Shown here piece after piece: positions 61,380-64,000 of a DNA stretch of 64,000 bases (position 1 is its first letter; the number at the start of each line of letters is the position of its first letter). The position numbers and the translations under genes were made by a program. The stretch lies in assembly GCF_030144855.1 (NCBI RefSeq), contig NW_026779681.1, positions 1-64,000 on the forward strand, written 5' to 3'. Under the pieces are notes generated by a model, which worked only from the letters and a program-made list of their open reading frames with translations, was not told the DNA's origin and made no database searches. The DNA comes from Hypanus sabinus. Its lineage: Eukaryota.

Positions 61380-63930
61380 AAAGTTCATGCGAGCGATGCA
61401 TGTAAACTGCACGGATTAAAGCCAGATCTAGCATATAAAGAGGCCTTGAGGAAAAAAGAAACAGAATAAAGGGTGTAATGCTAGTAATGTAGAAGAGCTA
61501 AAGTGAGTGTGTTTCGATGCAATAAACACCAGGAGCAAAGTTGATGAACTGATAACTTGGATACATACTTGGATTTATGATGTCAGCCAAGTTACAGAGA
61601 CTTGGCTGGCACCAGGGCATGAATGGATTTTCAATATTCTTGGATTTCAATTGGTTGAAAGGAGACAGAGAGGGTGGGAATAGAGGAGGAAAGGTGGCAT
61701 TACTGGTCAGGGATAATATTACAGCTACAGAAACGGTAGGTAACGCAGCCGAATCCACTTTTGAGTCAGTATCGGTAGAAGTCAGGAACAGGAAGGGAGC
61801 AGTTACTCAATTGGGAGTATTCTATAGGCCCCCTGGTAGCAGCAGAGCTACCGAGGAGCGGATTGGGAGGCAGATTTTGGAAAAGGTGCAAAAACATCAA
61901 GTTTGTTAACATGGGTGACTTTAACTTCCCTACTATTCATTGGCTGCTGATTAATTCCTGTGGTTTAGAAGGGGCGGATTTTCTCAAGGGTGTCCAGGAC
62001 GGATTCCTGTCACAGTATGTTGGACAGGCCGACTAGGAGATCGAGTATTCAGAAACGAACCGGGTCAGGTCACAGATTTCTCAGTGGGTAACCATCTGAG
62101 GGACAGTGACCACCGCTCTCAAGTCTTTAAAATTTTAAGGGAAACTGATAGAATCAGAAAAGTCTGGAAAATGTTTAGTTGGGGAAACGCAAGTTATGAG
62201 GCTATAAGGCTAGAACTTGCGGGTGTGAATCGGGATGATGTTTTTGAAGGGAAATGTACTGTTGGCATGTGGTCGATGTTTAAGTATCTCTTGCAGGATG
62301 TTATGGTTACATTTGTCCCGGTGAGGAAGATAGTACACGGTAGGGTGAAGGAACCATGCGTGACAAGTGAGGTGGAGAATCTTGTCAGATGGAACAAGGC
62401 AGGATACATTGGTTTAGGAAGCAAGGATCAGATGCGTCTATTGAGGAATATAGGGTAGCAGGAAAGAGGCTTATGAAGGGGCAGAGGATAGCAAGAAGGT
62501 GGCATGACTAGGCCTTGGGGAGAAGGATAAAGGAAAACCCCAGGCATTCTTAAGTTATGTGAAGAACAAAAGGTTGACAGGAGTGAAGGTAGAACCGATT
62601 AGAGATAAAGGTGGGAAGACATGCCCAGAGGTTGTGGAACAGAGAGAGGTCCTCAATGAATACTTCTTTCTGTTATTCACCACTGAGGGGGAACCATGAT
62701 GGTGTGGACGTTATGACGGTGGTTGATGTTCTGGAGCATGTTGTTATTAACGGAGAAGAGTTGTTGGAGTTGTTGAAATGCATTAGGACGGATAAGTCAG
62801 CGGGTCCTGGCGGAATATTCCCCAGGCTGCTCCACGAGGCGAGGAAAGTGATTGCTGAAGCTCTGGCTAGGATTCCTATGTCCTCGTTGTGCACGGGAAT
62901 GTTACCGGATGATTGGGGGGAGGCAAATGTTGTCCCCTTCTTCAAAGAAAGGTAGTAGGGATAATCCAGGTAATTATAGACCAGTGAGCCTTACGTCTGT
63001 AGCGGGAAAGCTGTTGAAAAAAAATTCTTAGAGATAGAAGCTATGGGCATTTAGAGAATCATGGTCTGATCAAGGACAGTCGGCATGGTTTGTGAAGGGC
63101 AGATCGTGTCTAACAAGCCTGATAGGGTTATTTGAAGAGGTGACCAGGCATATAGATGAGACTAGGGCAGTGGATGTGATCTACATGGAGTTTAGTAAGG
63201 CATTTGACAAGGTACTACACGGTTGGCTCATTCAGAAATTCAGCATGCATGTTATCCAGGGAGGTCTGGCAAGTTGGATTCAGAATTGGCTTGCCTGCAG
63301 AAAGCAGAGGGTCGTGGTGGATGGAGTACATTCAGATTGGAGAGTTGTAACTAGTGTTATCCCAGAAGGATAGGTTCTGGGACCTCCAACTTTCGTGATT
63401 TTTATTAGCGAACTGGATGTGGGGGTAGAAGTGTGGGTTGGCAAATCTGCCAACGATCAAAGGTTGGGATGGATGTGGAAGCATTAAAGGGTACAGAAGA
63501 GGCTGCCTGGTTTAGAGAGTATGCATTATGTTCAGAGATTAAAGGGGCTAGGGCATTACTCTCTGGAGAGAAGGAATATGAGAGGTGACATGATAGAGGT
63601 ATAGAAGATATTAGTAAGAATAGATAGAGAGGACAGCCAGCGCCTCTTCCCCAGGGCACCACTGCTCAGAACAAGAGGACATGGCTTTACGGAGGAGGAG
63701 GGACGTTCAAGCGGGATATGAGAGGATGTTTTTTTTTACTCAGAGAGTGATTGGTGCGTGAAATGCACTGACTGAGTCAGTGGTGGAGGCAGATTCACCA
63801 GTGAAATTTAAGAGACTACTAGACAGGTATGTGGAGGAATTTAAGGTGGAGGGTTATATGGGAGGCAGGGTTTAAAGGTTGGCACAACATTGTGGGTCGG
63901 ATGGTCTGCACAGTGCTGTATTGTTCTTTG
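61380..63930 (+). mobile_element. Degenerate CR1 LINE ORF2 (EN + RT) with 3' end
   Basis: VTETWLAPG, GVFYRPP, GDFNFP, SDHRS, DKSAGPGGIFPRLL, GRSCLTSLI..AVDVIYMEFSKAFDKV, tttttttactcagagagtg. Confidence 0.92.
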
Positions 63931-64000
63931 TTCATAATGTGGGGAGCGTGATTGCAGAGGGAAGGGTACATGATGTTTATTTATTTATTTATTGATTCCC

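Noticed and set aside
1-64000. TCR D, J or C segments, and rRNA/tRNA genes
   Set aside because: No 12-RSS with an FGxG J motif, no C-domain exon and no intact structural RNA gene was recognised by eye. Short D segments could have been missed.

Overview
Vertebrate genomic DNA, most likely a cartilaginous fish (ray or shark). This is judged from the shark/ray-type CR1 LINEs and SINEs, the V-segment sequences and the two-exon GPR139/142-like receptors. All family assignments come from motif recognition and recall, not from database searches. (1) 1-10.3 kb holds three T-cell receptor beta-like V segments (TRBV). Each has a V exon and a 23-bp-spacer recombination signal (RSS). The leader exon is clear for two and only tentative for the third. 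They lie in mixed orientation (+,-,-), and all three are pseudogenes by different lesions. A paralogous leader/intron at the left edge predicts a fourth V just outside the window. Two CTCF-like motifs lie among them. (2) 17-61 kb holds three paralogous two-exon class A GPCR genes. One is intact (40451-45471, 367 aa). One has a damaged exon 1 but a downstream in-frame ATG (334 aa). One is a clear pseudogene. Each sits in a duplicated block with a head-to-head CR1 5' end and two perfectly conserved upstream motifs. (3) 27.6-38.5 kb is an approximately 11-kb tandem array of LTR + tRNA-Pro primer-binding site + truncated gag units from a Gypsy-type element, with seven PBS copies, no recognisable pol, and a gag|LTR junction shared by three units. 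The rest is CR1, Rex1, Penelope, SINE and solo-LTR debris, microsatellites and two assembly gaps.
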